This document shows, in pieces, positions 28,771 through 43,777 of a DNA stretch of 64,000 bases. A program made the position numbers and the translations under genes. Source of the DNA: Octopus vulgaris (taxonomy: Eukaryota). A model generated the notes under the pieces. The model was not told the DNA's origin and did no database searches. It saw nothing but the letters and a program-made list of their open reading frames with translations. Each line of letters opens with the position of its first letter. Position 1 is the stretch's first letter. The stretch is taken from positions 60,512,001-60,576,000 of the forward strand of contig OX597830.1 in the NCBI GenBank assembly GCA_951406725.2. The letters are read 5' to 3'.

Positions 28771-28914
28771 GAGAGACAGAGAGGGATACAGTTGCAGCGG
28801 ACATAAACAAAGCATTTTACATGTCACTTGCTCATATGGTGACCCACTACACCAACACCCACGTGCAAGCTTCCGTTTCTTACACACATCTCACACATCT
28901 CACACAGAACATGC

Positions 28915-28971
<57 letters not shown>

Positions 28972-29099
28972 ATTACTTCACTACTGTCAATATGTTTTAG
29001 CGTCACACTCCGACCATGTTATGTTTCTTGTTATTTTTAGGCTCCACTCGTTGGATAACATTGTATAACAACAAAACCGCTGTGAACAACAAAAACTGT

Positions 29100-29170
<71 letters not shown>

Positions 29171-29780
29171 ACACTCAGTGACTACAACTATAAATAACTG
29201 ACAGAAGTATTACTGTTACAATGACTACAATAACTACAACAACAACGATAGTAACTGCGACGCCAACAACAACAACAACGGTAGGAAAGAAGAGTAAAAC
29301 AAAAACAAACCCCTAACAAAAATAAATAAATATATACAGAAACAAAAAAACCAACGACATGAAAATTAGAACAATGATAACCACCATGCAATGCGAAAAC
29401 AATAAGAAAGATTTTTTTAAAACACAGATTTGTATTTAGTGGAAGTCGCTTAATATAATCACGGATATTGTTTACCAAAAAGTAATTTTTATTAGAATTA
29501 GTGGGTCGCAAAGTCTTTATTTGCTCAATATTTCAACTGGCTATTATTATCACCCCGTTATTGTGTTCCCAAAGTGATCATAATGAGCGGCTTCTACTGT
29601 ATATATTCTAATATCTATCTATATATGTATGCATATGTATATAAATATGTGTGTGTGTATATATAGACACAATTTTGAATACATAGCTATATATATATAT
29701 ATATATATATATAAATGCATACCTATGTATTCACAAATATAGTTTAAATATATATATATATTTATATATATATATACATA

Positions 29781-29812
<32 letters not shown>

Positions 29813-29815
29813 AAC

Positions 29816-29849
<34 letters not shown>

Positions 29850-29880
29850 GTATGTATATATATATATATATGTATGTATG

Positions 29881-29946
<66 letters not shown>

Positions 29947-31092
29947 CATATGCACATACATATACATATAAATATACATACACACACACACAAGGTGTAT
30001 ATAACCATATATTTACACGCATACATTATTCATGAAAAGAGTTTCTGTTGTCTTTGTTTTGTTTTTTTAATGTGTGCATACGTCTTTGACATGTATGCAC
30101 ATTTGTGTGAGAAAATGTGTACCCTCGGTGTATGTGCGTATAAGTGTATATAAAATTATCTTTGATGTGTGTTTATGCACAATGAGTTTGCATATATGTT
30201 CATGGGCATGTGAGATGTCAAGTTGTCACAAACGATAAACGAGAATATTCAGAAGTATCTGTCAGAAATGGCTGCTGTTTGTTGTGTATTTATTGTTCTT
30301 CCGTTAAAGGGAGCTGCAGCGAGGGAAGGTGGAAAGGGAGATAACTATATATCCGTTGGCTTAGCTTTACAAAGAAAGATGGCATAAAATGTAAACAATA
30401 TACTCCGGGTGGAATCAAAGAAGATCGGGTGGTTTGCGAACGGTAGGTGGGATATGGGATTCGTTGGAAATACGATATTTCTAGAATGTTAGGTTGCAAT
30501 GAGTGTTGCTTGGAATATATGGAAATGTAGGGTTACTGTAGCATATTGTGTAACAGGAATATGGGAGGTGAGGGTTATAGTAGCGGCACTGTTGATTGTG
30601 GAGTAAAGATTTATGGGGTAGAAAGGTTACATATTTGTTAATAGGGTGAAACAGCGCTTCGAAATATGGACTTGTAAAATAAAACGAAATTGCTCGAATC
30701 AATTTAGGGATACATACATGAATAAATACACATACACATATGAACACACATACACACATGTAGAGATGCACATTCAGATATAATGCGCACGTGTGTGCGT
30801 GTGTGTGTGTGTATACGTGTGTATTTTTATCACACCTGCACATACAAACCACCACACAAACTCACACATAGGCAGAAGCTAACGAACGAAACACAACAGG
30901 CGCCACACTCAAAGAGGTATAGAGAAAGCTTTGTATTAAATCGGTTTCGGTAGCAAACCACTACGTCCGTTCTAATATAGAATTTATACACGTTCCAGGT
31001 GTTTCCTCTCCATAACTCCGAGTAGTTCTAATCTAGTACTCCACAGCCTTTTTTCACTTGCGGTACACTTATATTCTTTGCAAAATTGTGAT

Positions 31093-31507
31093 GGAGGCGA
31101 GCTGGCAGACTCGTTAGCGCGCTGGGCGAAATGCTTAGCGGTATTTCGTCTGTCGTTACGTTCTGAGTTCAAATTCCGCTGAGGTCGACTTTGCCTTTCA
31201 TCCTTTCGGGGTCGATAAATAAAGTACTAGTTTCGCACTGGCCTCGATGTAATCGACTTAATCCCTTTGTATTTCCTTGTTTGTCCCCTCTATGTTTAGC
31301 CCCTTGTGGGTAGTAAAGAAATAAATTATTTCGTCTGTCGTTACGTTCTGAGTTCAAATTCCGCCGAGATCGACTTTGCCTTTCATACTTTCGGGGTCGA
31401 TAAATAAAGTACCAGTTTCGCACTGAGGTCGATGTAATCGACTTAATCCCTTTGTCTGTCCTTGTTTGTCCCCTCTATGTTTAGCCCCTTGTGGGCAGTA
31501 AAGAAAT
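31093..31507 (+). mobile_element. SINE group C with a tandem duplication of its ~185-bp body
   Basis: tatttcgtctgtcgttacgttctgagttcaaattccgc...agccccttgtgggYagtaaagaaata occurs twice. The central domain resembles the Meta-type SINE domain (from recall, unverified). Confidence 0.9.
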
Positions 31508-32443
31508 ATATATTCTTTTCAAAATTCGGCAGCTTACCTGAACTAAAAATATAATTAATATTATATTCAGGTTACACTGCGGCACACCTAGTATTGTCCT
31601 GTGACACACCAGTGTGCCGTGGAGCACTGTTCTAATCATACCTTTGCGCAAGTTAAAATAAATAGCAGTTTCAGAAATGTGAATGGAAAAAAAAAGAATT
31701 GTTTAGGTAGGTGTCGGACAAGGACATAGCAGAAACTGTCGCCTTCGTGGCATTGACTTCTTTTGGATGGCTGTTTTATCACGCACGCACACACACACAC
31801 ACACACATGCACTCACAAGCACACATGTACACACACACACGCGCGCGCGCGCGCACGCACACACATGCACACACAAGCACACGCACGCACACAGACACAC
31901 ACTCAGAGAGACAAATAGAAAGATAGATAGATACATACATACATACATGCATGCATGCATGCATTCATACATACTTACAGACACATATATTAGCACACAC
32001 ACACATACAGACACACACATACACATACAAATACATATATACATATACACATGCACACAGTCGCAACGTGGTCAACTTCGCCTTTCATCCTTTTGGGGTT
32101 GATACAATAAGTACCAGTTGAATACTGGAGTCAATAGTCCCCTCTCTCAATATTTCAGGCCTTGTGCCTGTATTAGAAAGGATTATTAGTATCGTTTGGG
32201 GGCAATTGGTTAGCAGAATCATTAGAGCGTCGAAAAAATATTAGGTGAAACACATTTAATAAAGACACCTATTTTCCGATTGATAATATTTATAAATCTA
32301 CTACATCATCTTTTTAGAAAACATCAATAATTATAAAACAATTCCAAGATTATAGTCAGCATCATTTCAGTTTTCAATTCTCGGGTATCTTTTTATTCAG
32401 GTAGAATCATCAAGGCATGATTATCACGCTCATTTATCTCTTA

Positions 32444-32818
32444 CTAGCAGTATCGCCCGGCGTTGCTCGGGTTTGTAAGGGAAATAACTATAAAGCATTT
32501 TTAGAGAGTTATAGCCAAAAAATAGCAAAAAAATTATGGTAATTTTTTTTTTTTATAGTTAAAAAGGTCGAGTTGCGTCCCCTAGACCATCTGTGGTTTG
32601 TGTTTCTGATTGTCGACCCCATGTCGAATTTATCGATCTTTTTCAGAACTGGGGGAACTTTTCAAAATTTTCGCTGCGTTAGTTTTGAATTATGACATTG
32701 GGCTATGTGTGTGTCAAGTTTCATCAGAATCGGTTGAAAGCCGTGGTCAGAGTGAGGGTACAACCAAACAGACACACAGAAACACACACAGACAAACTGC
32801 CGTTTATATAGAGAGAGA
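32444..32818 (-). mobile_element. Non-autonomous Helitron
   Basis: Minus strand begins A|TCTCTCTCTATATAAA and ends cccgagcaacgccgggcgatactgCTAG|T: 5' TC, subterminal hairpin, 3' CTAG, A/T target, no TSD. Confidence 0.88.
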
Positions 32819-33254
32819 TAAATAAGATTTACTGTTTCACAACGTTTCCTTATATTTACTCTGGCTTGTAGGCAGTTTCTACTAAATGACACTTGCTTTT
32901 ACCAACAACTGTGTAGTGTAGGCCAAATGAATGCGATGCCCTCATGTCCATGTAAGCATATTTCAACATCGTTTGATCTTGTACATTGGAAGGGGACAAA
33001 ATCTTGCTTGAAACTCGTTTTAGGATGTTGTTAGTTACTTCATCACCTTTGTTTATTTTATCAACCATTACAGCGTAATATTACTCATTTAGACTTCCTA
33101 GAATCTATGACAAACAGCTTAAAACAGAAAATAACAGAAGTAATCCGAATATGTGACATTATTGAACGATATCTTTTTAACACTTCAAAATCAGCAACTT
33201 TTGTTAATTAAGGGGCTACTAAATATGTGAGCAAAAGGTTTCGTTTCTGAATCA

Positions 33255-33439
33255 ACCTCAGTACTTATTTTAGTTAATCCTGGTACTTATGCTATCGGTT
33301 GCTTTTGCCGAACCGCTAAGTTATGGGAACGTAAACACATCGACACCGTTTGTCAAGCGATAGTGGGTGGCAAACACAAATACACACACACATACACACA
33401 TACACACACACGCGCGCACACATATATAAGAAGCCTGTC

Positions 33440-33473
<34 letters not shown>

Positions 33474-33573
33474 GACAGGCTTCTATATATGTGTGCGTGT
33501 GTGTGTGTATGTATATATATATATATATACATACATACACACACACGCACACACACACACACACACACACACG

Positions 33574-33610
<37 letters not shown>

Positions 33611-33662
33611 GGCAGGCTTCTTTTAGTTTTCGTTCACCAAATCCACGCACAATGCTTTGGTA
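33255..33662 (-). mobile_element. SINE A fragments with an expanded, partly inverted microsatellite core
   Basis: gccgaaccgctaagtta...; aagcctgtcg(TA)n cgacaggctt inverted pair. Confidence 0.7.
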
Positions 33663-34506
33663 AGAAGCTTTCTTACCACGTCAAGCTGCACAAGAACATT
33701 ATCCACATGTATATTTCGACATTGTATTGTACTGTTAAGGGGCCTTTCCATGTTGTAGTTTACTATTGATGTTATTTGAATCACTTTATACATCGTAAAG
33801 ATACCACATTCCCACCATTTCGCACAAAATTATTTTTATCACTTTTCTCTAAATGACAAGATTGTTGTTTCTTTACAGCACAAGCACTTGCCCAGGATCT
33901 CCACTGCCCACGGGTTTATTCGAATTTACGAATCCATTGAATATTTCGGGCATTTCGTCCGCCTTTATGTTCTGGGTTCAAATTCCCCCCTGGTCAACTT
34001 CGCCTTTCATCCTTTTGGGGTTGATAAAATAAGTACCAGTTGAACACTGGAGTCAATAGTCCCCTCTCCCAATATTTCAGGCCTTGTGCCTGTACTAGAA
34101 AGGATTAATAGTATCGTTTGGGGCCAGTTGGTTGGCAGAATCATTAGAGCGTCGAAAAAATTCCTTGCGACATTTCCTGCAGCTCTTTAAATTCCGAGTT
34201 CAAATCTCGCCGAGATACCAGTCAGGTACAGGGGTTGAGGACATCGACTAAACCCTACTCTCAATACTGCTGGCCTTGAGCGTAGGCTAGAAACGCTATT
34301 TTATGTTTTGTTTTGTGAGTGTTTTTGTATTGTATCAACATTGACTGGTTTCCTGTTTATGGATCAACCAGAAGGTCATACTTCGCTGGTTTCCTGTTGA
34401 TAAGAAAACATTAGTTAACAACGCAACTATCTAATACAGAATGCCCCACAACACTGGAATACTACCAATGAAATCTCTAATAATATTAATGATAATCTAC
34501 ATTAAT

Positions 34507-34588
<82 letters not shown>

Positions 34589-35029
34589 GTAAACATATAT
34601 AAGGTGTACTAGTAACAAAACCACATCCTGATTGCTGAAAGGAAGTGTCAAGAATTTAAATGTTGTGATAATGACAAACTTACACACATTCAGACACGTG
34701 CGCGCGCGTACACACACACAAACACACACACACAAAACACATACCTCTGCACTCATACACTCTAATGTCATCAACAGAAAAAAGCATTTTAGAAACGAAG
34801 CGTGCTATAACTCTAGCATCGTCATAAGATGAAACGATTGTAAGTAGATATGTAACGATAAACATAACAAGGATGAGCTCCGGGGCGGCACAATGTCATT
34901 AAATCGAACCTTTCGGGTTCGACAAAAATAAGCATCAGTTGAGCACTGAAGCTGATGTAATCGACTTGCCCCATCGCCCGAAATTGCTGGCCTTGTACCA
35001 AAATTTGAACCATTAAGTCTTGTGCATCA

Positions 35030-35600
35030 CACAGTTGATGGGCAATGAAAGGAAAATCCTCGGCATAGTGAAGGTCGGAGAGATAAAAGCTCTTCTGCCA
35101 TCTTGATAACTTCTGCTTAGTGGTGAGGCCTTTATCTTGGACGGAATCAAGGTTTTACCAAAAAATGTAGACCAGTGCGATCACAAGAAGGAAAGATTCT
35201 TGAAGGATTCTACTGTTGTTGGAAACTCATTAGCTTTCAAACATGGTGGTGAAGGTTTTGACAATTTCATGCCTAATGCCATAATTCAACAGATTATGTT
35301 ACTTTGCCTTTCCATTGATTCTATCAAATTGTCTTAGAGAAATCCTTAATTATAAATGATACTTCTGTGTTGAGATTCTGAACTTTTCAATAATCCTTCT
35401 AAGAGCGAGGATCTGTAACAGTGTTGATCTTCCTTTGTGGAAGCTATTTTGGTTCTTTCTAAGGATAGGAACAATGTGAAAGGAAAATCTATGAAGGAGC
35501 ATAGTGTTTCCTAGGTTTTTAAGAGAGTGCGATTCCAGTGTAACGCTGAGGCAGGTGACGAACATCTTTCTGTACAAGTATATAGAGGACTTTCTGTAGA
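35030..35600 (-). mobile_element. LINE RT relic (RTE/RTEX-like)
   Basis: ILRKNQNSFHKGRSTLLQILALRRIIE and LSDLHYAED (a degenerate YADD motif). Confidence 0.72.
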
Positions 35601-36169
35601 ATAATTGAAGACTTCAGAAAGTTTTTGTTTTGTTCCCTAAGTTACGTTACAGAAGTCTGACAAATGTACGTGGAAGAGAGAACTCCTCTGCTGAAATGCT
35701 ACCTGGGCTTAATGTCTTGCTTCTTAACTTTTTCAATGCGATTTTTAAATACTTCTATGAGGAATGAGCCAATCCGGATAAGCAGGCAATCTTCTATTTC
35801 GTTGTTGCAGAAAGGTTCACCGTCAAGTTTAGTGTTGCATAGCTTTGTGCTACTAAGTAGGAATCTAAAGTGCTGAAACGAGATATCTAGACGTTGTACG
35901 GTAGTTTTCTCCACAATGTGGATCACTGGAGAAGTTTTCTTTCTAAGTTCCCTCAGGTATACATATAAAACCACCAATAGATACTGTGTAGTCTGAGAAC
36001 CCTGTTGTCAGACAACTGGTACGCTTAATCTTTAATTTAAACGATCAAACTTATTGATACTGTTGTGCATTATTTAGCAGTTATGCGGTTTACAGCAGAT
36101 GCAGAGTTCAAATTCCGCCGGAATGTTACAACTGTTTTTCCCATGTTCATGTATCAGCATGCATCCACG

Positions 36170-36425
36170 CGTGTGGAAGCGCGTGGCTTATCGGTTACAG
36201 TGTTGCAATCATCACCATAGAGATGTAGTTTCGACCGGGCGATGAGTTTTGTTCTTGAGTAAAACATTTTATTTTGCGTTGCTTTAATCCACTCAGCTCG
36301 TAAAAATGAATAATCTTGCGACTGACCGGCGTCCCGTCCAGAAGAAATATATACATGCCATAGAATCCGGGAAATCGGCCTTATTAGCCTATAGCTCCTT
36401 CCTGAGCTATAGGCTCATAAGGCCG
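36170..36425 (+). mobile_element. SINE group B, diverged
   Basis: gtggaagcgcgtggctta head; ttgcgactgaccggcgtcccgtccag V-like domain. Confidence 0.7.
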
Positions 36426-36435
36426 ATTATATATA

Positions 36436-36582
36436 TATATAAGAATTTTTTGCGTAATAAGATAAAAAACCAAGGCTGTATAGATATTAGAGCGTTTATA
36501 GATAGAAGACCTTCTATCTATAAATGCTCTAATATCTATACAGCCTTGGGCTTTATCTCATTACGCAAAAGATTCTTATATA
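36436..36582. mobile_element. Hairpin insert in (TA)n, ~72-bp arms, 2-nt loop
   Basis: ...ccaaggctgtatagatattagagcgtttatagatagaag-ac-cttctatctataaatgctctaatatctatacagccttgg... Confidence 0.85.
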
Positions 36583-36714
36583 CACACGCTGACATAGAAC
36601 CAACGTTGAACCCTTTATTCGCAATAATACCGAATCTGGAACTTAACTGTGGTCTGTCTATAGCACTTATTCAGCATTACCTGACACCTTTGGGTCTCAA
36701 TGACACCATTATCT

Positions 36715-36814
<100 letters not shown>

Positions 36815-36898
36815 TATGTATGTATGTTTATGTGTACACACACAAACTTTTATATATATATGTCTGTGTATGTATGTACATATATATACATTTATATT

Positions 36899-36932
<34 letters not shown>

Positions 36933-37028
36933 TGTTTATGTATACACAAACAAACTTTTATTATATATACATATATGTAAAAGCAAAAACACATAACTTA
37001 CGTCTAAACAAGGAGTTTGACTGCATTC

Positions 37029-37077
<49 letters not shown>

Positions 37078-37744
37078 ATACATATATATACATGCATATA
37101 ATGAATGCACTTATCCCAAACGTATTATTTTGTTTGTACATAAGTTTATGCAGTTTCCTAAAATGCACATCTGCATATAATCAATGAGCAATGAATATGC
37201 ATATGTTTAATATATGAGCATTATGCATCCATCACGTTTGTCAATGAATATGTAAGACATACATAGGGACATACGGGATCCCTATTAACACGCTGCTGAT
37301 TAGCAAGTCAAATTTCCTGTCTCCACATAAAGTGTTAGTCAAAAGCCGACCATCCCTACAACACAAAGTGAAATCTTTTAACATTATTGCTATAGTTGTG
37401 GTGGCTCTATGATGTGGATTTATTATTGTTAGTCATATTGTTCATCCTACTTTCTACATCAGCTTCTAATTGATCGCATTTTATTCTAAATTTCTGTTTA
37501 TTTTTATGATCATGGTAAGGAGTTGATGTTGTTGCAGGATCTGAGTGAAACGATGACTAAAATTCTGTGCTTGGCATCTGGAATATTGTTTGGTGGCCAC
37601 AACCAACCCTTCAACAGTCAGACAATGTTCTCGGTGGAACTTACGCGTTGCAAGTGAGGAACTATGGCTAATTGCAAGAAATCCCTAGTCTGACGGTGAA
37701 TCTGGTGCCAGTTCGAGAAACACTCTACAGACATGGAAATACCT

Positions 37745-37893
37745 ATTTCTTTACTGCCCACAAGGGGCTAAACATAGAGGGGACAAATACGGACAGACAT
37801 CGGTATTAAGTCAATTACATCGACCCCAGTGCGTAACTGGTACTTAATTTATCGACCCCGAAAGGATGAAAGGCAAAGTCGACCTCGGCGGAA
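37745..37893 (-). mobile_element. SINE group C 3' part
   Basis: Matches the reverse complement of 31350-31507. Confidence 0.82.
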
Positions 37894-38734
37894 ATACCGG
37901 AAATACCGTCGGTAGAGCTTGTCGGATATGCGCACAGAGTGATGAAGTCGTTCTATACTCACTCGTTCATTGTTCAAGAGTTGCTGGGACTTGTGGATTT
38001 CTCTCAAATAGCTATTATTAAGTTCAAGACGGATTCGGCTACCGACCGATTTCATCGCGGTGATCTTCCTATCACTTTCTTTTATCCGGAACGTGTAGGC
38101 TGTTTCCCTTTGACTGGTGGCTATAACGAAGAAATGGATGCGAATGAAAGGACTAAAGGATGAATATCTCCCTCTTCTGTCAAACATTAATCGACTTTTT
38201 CACGTTCCACTTGTAGAGAAATGTGAGTTTGGCAAGGGAGGTGGTACCTCTCGTAAATTTGTCAAAGGTGAGCTAAAAGTGGTGAGCTCAGCACAGGTGA
38301 ATGTCTCCCTTCTCAGTATGTACTTTATGCCGAGAAATGACACTTGCCTTTAGTGGTTAATGTACTTTTATTCCATGAGGTTCTTTGATTGGCCTTAGGC
38401 TCTGTTCCCCTCATTGGGGATTTCTTCCTTGTTAGTTTAACGTTATTTGTTGTTGTTATTTTCCTTTTCCACTCTGTGTAAACTTCACTGTTTCTTATCA
38501 GATGCTTAGCTCTGTCTCGATGTCTTGAGCCCTCACTCGGTCGATGCCCTCTAGTCGTCATACAATTACAGCAGTACAGAAAATGTTGAGAAAACACGAC
38601 AGCGATGGAACATTTTCAAAGAAGTAATCCAAAGAAGCGAGGAAAAGAATGCCACCACCACCACCCCAAAAAAAAAAGAACAGGGCATCGAGAGACCAAT
38701 AAATGATCGACAAGATGGTTGTGAGGAATTACAA

Positions 38735-40368
38735 CATTCATTTCATTTGGTACAGCTACATCAATGATCTGACAGTATTTGTCTCTCTTAATATGACAAT
38801 ATCCGGCCGACGACGTTCGATTACACGATCCGTCTGAAAATCAGTCCCAGAGTATCGTTATTTTTCCATCCCCCACCATAACTTTACTTTGTATATGCTC
38901 GTACCAGGTCCCTTTTACTTCATATTGGTATTTACGTCATAAGAGCCAATTAAGACACACACACACACTATCGTGGCGGCGCTTGTATTCTTTTTGTGCA
39001 AAGCTCTCACATCCATTTACCAAATAGGTTGCATTTTCCACACTCTTTCCACAGAGTTTGCATTTCTGGGTGTCAGAAGTTTTATATATGTTATGCTTCA
39101 CTGACTTGGTAGTGAGAGCCTGATTTTGTGCAGCAATGATCAGGCTTTCGCTTCAAGTCACCTCGTTCAAGCCATGCCCACGATACTGTATTATCTTTAA
39201 CGTCTTGTGTATTCCTTTCAAACTGTCCATGCATTCTCATTTCAAGAAAGTCTTCTTTTCGCTTCTCCTCGGCTCTTTGGTTAAACATAATCTGGAAGAT
39301 ACTCACTGGAATATGTGCGGCAAAGACATATACTTTCCTGGCACAGGAAGAAATACTACTGAGGGAACGAAAAGGATGTAGGAAGAGTTCTCAGGTTACC
39401 AAGAGTCACTTGGTCTTGGATAGAACAATTTTGAAGCATAGGAAAAAAAACATCATACAAACATATCTATGGCTTGGATTGACTTATGAAGTCATATGAT
39501 ATGATGCCTCATTCTTGGACCGTTGAATAACTGTAGATGTTTGGTGTTGCTGACAATATCACAGATTTTCTGATGCATAGCATGAAAGAGTGGAAAACCA
39601 AATTGTACTCAAGTAATATATTCTTTGGAGAAGTTAATATTAAAAGGGGAATCTTCCAAGGTGACTCGTTTTCTCCGTTACTAATTGCAATAATACCAAT
39701 AACAACGACACTTAGGAAAGTTAAGATGGGTTACCAATGTGGGAAGAAAACATGGAGTTATTTGCTACTTGTTGACCTGAAATTGTTTGGGAAATCTGAA
39801 AAACAAATAGATTCCTTAACCAAAAGAGTCCAAAAGTGTGGTAGGGACATCGGTATGGAACTTGGGATTACCAAGGAAGAAAGCAGCCTGCAGAGGATTG
39901 CGGTTAACATCAGGAGAGACCATGGAGAACCCGACCGGTAGTGGGTATAGATATTTAGGGATTGTGGAGCTGGATGACATTCTACACAGAGAAATGAAAG
40001 TCAAAGTCAGCGAGGCATATCAAAAAAGGGTGAAGATGAAATCCAACCTGAAAGCCAAAATTTGATTACCGCAATTAATATCTGGGCAGTCAGTTGCGGT
40101 GGTCAGATATAGAGCGTCCATCATCAAATGGAGTAAGGAGGAAATATCAACACTGGATAGAATAACGAGAAAGTTGATGACGCTGCCTCGGGCCTAAAGC
40201 AAACGTAAACAGACTATATATGAATAGAAAGAATGGTGGCAGAGGACTAATTAGTACAGGCTATTATATAAGGAGTGAAAGGAGAACGCTTGCCGAGTAT
40301 TTGATAAATAGTGATGAAGACCTGCTGCAATATGCCGTGAGAGATATGGGGGTTAATGCAGATGAAAT
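38735..40368. mobile_element. R4/Dong-clade (RLE) LINE relic with an internal inversion
   Basis: Plus strand 39305-40368: RKGCRKSS, MAWID, RGIFQGDSFSPLL, VDLKLFGK, GGRGLIS. Minus strand 39310-38735: HGQF, CKLCGK...GCE zinc knuckle, WYEH, ILWD, IIDVAVP endonuclease region. Confidence 0.88.
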
Positions 40369-40490
<122 letters not shown>

Positions 40491-40720
40491 ATAATAGGAG
40501 TAATAACCTTCTAATGAAGTTCTTTGCTACTTGTTGTTGTTGCTGTTGGTTTGTTGGTGGCGATGCTGATGACAATATTGAGAGAAATAAAAATTTCTAT
40601 AAATTCGCAGTTCCAATATTGGAATTTTTCAGGCATAAAATATCATACTTCACTTAATGCTAGTTACACACGCACGAAGCATATACACACGTACACATAA
40701 ACATATACAATTATATATTT

Positions 40721-40776
<56 letters not shown>

Positions 40777-41132
40777 ATACATCGGTTATATATGCTTAAA
40801 AATATTACTTGTATGTGTGTGGGTGAGTGGGTGGAGCGTGTGCATAAATCGATAACATATATTCTATAGATTATTTGTATTACATATGAAGAAAATATAT
40901 TACAATACTACACCCTCCTTATAAATGATTAACACTCGACTAAATACCACATTTTCATAAATGTTAGGCCTCACAACTTCGGCTGACTTTTCTTGGTTAG
41001 CATATATGTTTTTTTTTTTTTTGTTATTTTTTTGTCTTTGGGAATAGCGAACAATTCATCTCTAAACTATCGCTGTTCATTCTGTACAAAGCACAAATGC
41101 TGCTCACAACTGAGCGACTAGTAATATAATGA

Positions 41133-41275
41133 GAATTTACAAAAAATAAAAAAAAAGACGAAGACAGGCGTGTAAACAACAAACATATGTATTAGTTTAA
41201 CATTCGGGAAGTGAGAAAGTCTTTTACGTTTCGAGCCTACGCTCTTCGTCAGAAAGCAACGCAGAAATATACAGG
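41133..41275 (-). mobile_element. Family H copy 2 (canonical CTGACGA core)
   Basis: Minus strand cttt-CTGACGA-a-gagc-gtag-gctc-GAAA-cg-TA-aaag at 41221-41256. Confidence 0.8.
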
Positions 41276-41779
41276 GTGCTGCATGTGCACAAAAAGTTTA
41301 TACTATATTCCAAAAGTGACTCTCTCACTGAGAAAAGGCTCATCCGTTACAACCGCTAGCCACCTATACGTTGTATTTTCCCGTTGATTCCTCTACCATT
41401 ATGATTATATACTCTAGAGTCCACAAATTGTATACTACTTTCACCAACCTCTCTCCCATCCGATGCGATCATCTATCTTCTGTTTATTCCGACTCATCCT
41501 AAAACCAGACAATAAATGTGTTGCTAAACATTTTATTCTCAGAACTGCAACCTTCCGAACCTAATCCCTGCCTCACTTTTCCGGCTGGCATCAACACAAT
41601 GTATCAGCTCATTAATCCTGAAGCTCCTATAAATATCATGGCTACTAAAACCCTCTGCTCAAATTGAGCAACAAATATGTTTGTGCAGGCGTGTGTGTGT
41701 ATGTATGTGTGTGCGCACGCGCGTGCGAGTGTGTGTGTGTGTGTGTGTGCGTGTGTTTGTGTGTGTGAGTGCGTGTATC

Positions 41780-42031
41780 TCACTTGTTTTAGTCATTTGA
41801 CTTGCGGCCATGCTGGAGCACCGTCTTAAAGGGTTTTAGTCGAACAAATCGAACCCAAAACTCTCGTGCCGAACCACTATGTTACGGGGACTTAAACTCA
41901 CCAACACCGCTTGTCAAGTGGTGGGAGGGGAGAAATGCAGACACAGACACAATCAAACATACATATACATACATACATACATATACATACATACATACAT
42001 ACATACATACATACATACATACATACATACA

Positions 42032-42062
<31 letters not shown>

Positions 42063-42237
42063 TTATATGTAGGTATGTATGTATATACGATGGACTTCTT
42101 TCAGTTTCTGTCTTTCAAATCCATTCACAGGGATTTCGTCGCCCCAAGGCTATTGTACAAGACACTTATCCAAGACATCACACAGTGGGACTGAACCCGG
42201 AACCATGTGGTTGGGAAGTATACTTCTTACCACACAG
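41780..42237 (-). mobile_element. SINE A, diverged
   Basis: Head, (TATG)n core and tail are all recognisable. Confidence 0.82.
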
Positions 42238-43292
42238 CAAAATATGGGCTTATATATGCTGTGGTTTCATTCAATAGTGGATCAACAGCAATCAAATGCA
42301 ATGGAATGTGTGGATGTGTGTGGATGTGTGGATGTGTGTGAGTGCGTGTGATTGCGTGTGTTTGTGTGTGTGGATAACCATGTATTGTACGCTCATGCAT
42401 TTTAATCAAAATCATGTGATTTTGATTAAAATAGATTTCAAACAATGTCTGCTTTTTATGCAAGCATTTTCAGACTTTGTTCCTATCAGAAGTGCGAGGC
42501 CTTCCAAACTACCGGAACCCATGCAAGACTGTTATCTGTAAACCAAAAGTTATCTTTGTCCATTGTACAGCCCCAGGGTTCTCTTGCCTCTCATGGCCCT
42601 TCTAGTTCTTCATTAACTCTACAAAGAGGAGTTAAACCACAAAATATTTCGCTACGAAATTAACTGGTTCTCATTTTTATTGTAGAAGAGTCATTCTTAC
42701 CCGATTCAGAATTAGAATTTTTGTTCCTATTAAGTGATGTATAGCGATTCTAATTGTTGCTAAACGTAGCCATTGCAATTTTTGACCATATTCATCTTAT
42801 TAGTTACACATTGTTCGTTTGAACCACAGCAGTTCGGGTATTAGCCACGAAGAAAGGTCCTAAGTTTCTGAGCATCAGTATCTTTAACTTGAGAGATACT
42901 TTTGTAAGTATCATTAGATCGTATAGTTTCTACAAATGGTTTGTCACAGCTTTTATTCAATTTAGCCATGTTTGACTTTGCCATCTGTATTATTATTATT
43001 ATTATTATTATTACTACCTTGATTTACTCTATTATCATAATACTGATCTACAATATTAACACATCTACACGCTGTGAGATGTAGTCGCCCACACTTAGGT
43101 AGAGTGATGACTGCGCCAATTGGGAATTTACTCGACTTTATCTGCATACCAGTTTCCGCAAGAGCAATGGGAGAGAAAATGTTATCTAAAATATAATCAT
43201 GCAATACACTAATAATTTAACGCAAACATGTCTTAAAGCAATATACGCATTTAGTTAGAGACAGACAGACATACAGACAGACAGACAGACAT

Positions 43293-43362
<70 letters not shown>

Positions 43363-43367
43363 GGATG

Positions 43368-43468
<101 letters not shown>

Positions 43469-43777
43469 AGCACAACCTGAATTAATTTCAAACTGCAGCT
43501 AATGCTCAAATTCGTCCACTGAACTTTAAACGAGATCTTCATGGTGTATGCGAGGCGACGAGTGGCTCTCGACTTCATGGATTAGACATCTAGATGAGGC
43601 TAACTGCATGAAGTAGATACGGTTTTTATAATCCACGTTATCATATGCATACATATATAGATAGATTTATGTAATATATACATGTGCGTGTATATATACA
43701 TATATATATATATATACACGTATGTGTATGTATATGTATATATATATATATATACGAGCACGTATATATATATAAAA

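Noticed and set aside
31565-31645. hAT-type MITE end (gcggcacac...gtgtgccgtgg)
   Set aside because: Only a short hairpin is visible, with no matching second end or TSD.
42400-42950. L1/Tx1-like RT relic (LIKIDFKQ, LTLQRGVK)
   Set aside because: Motifs are too degenerate to call without blastx.
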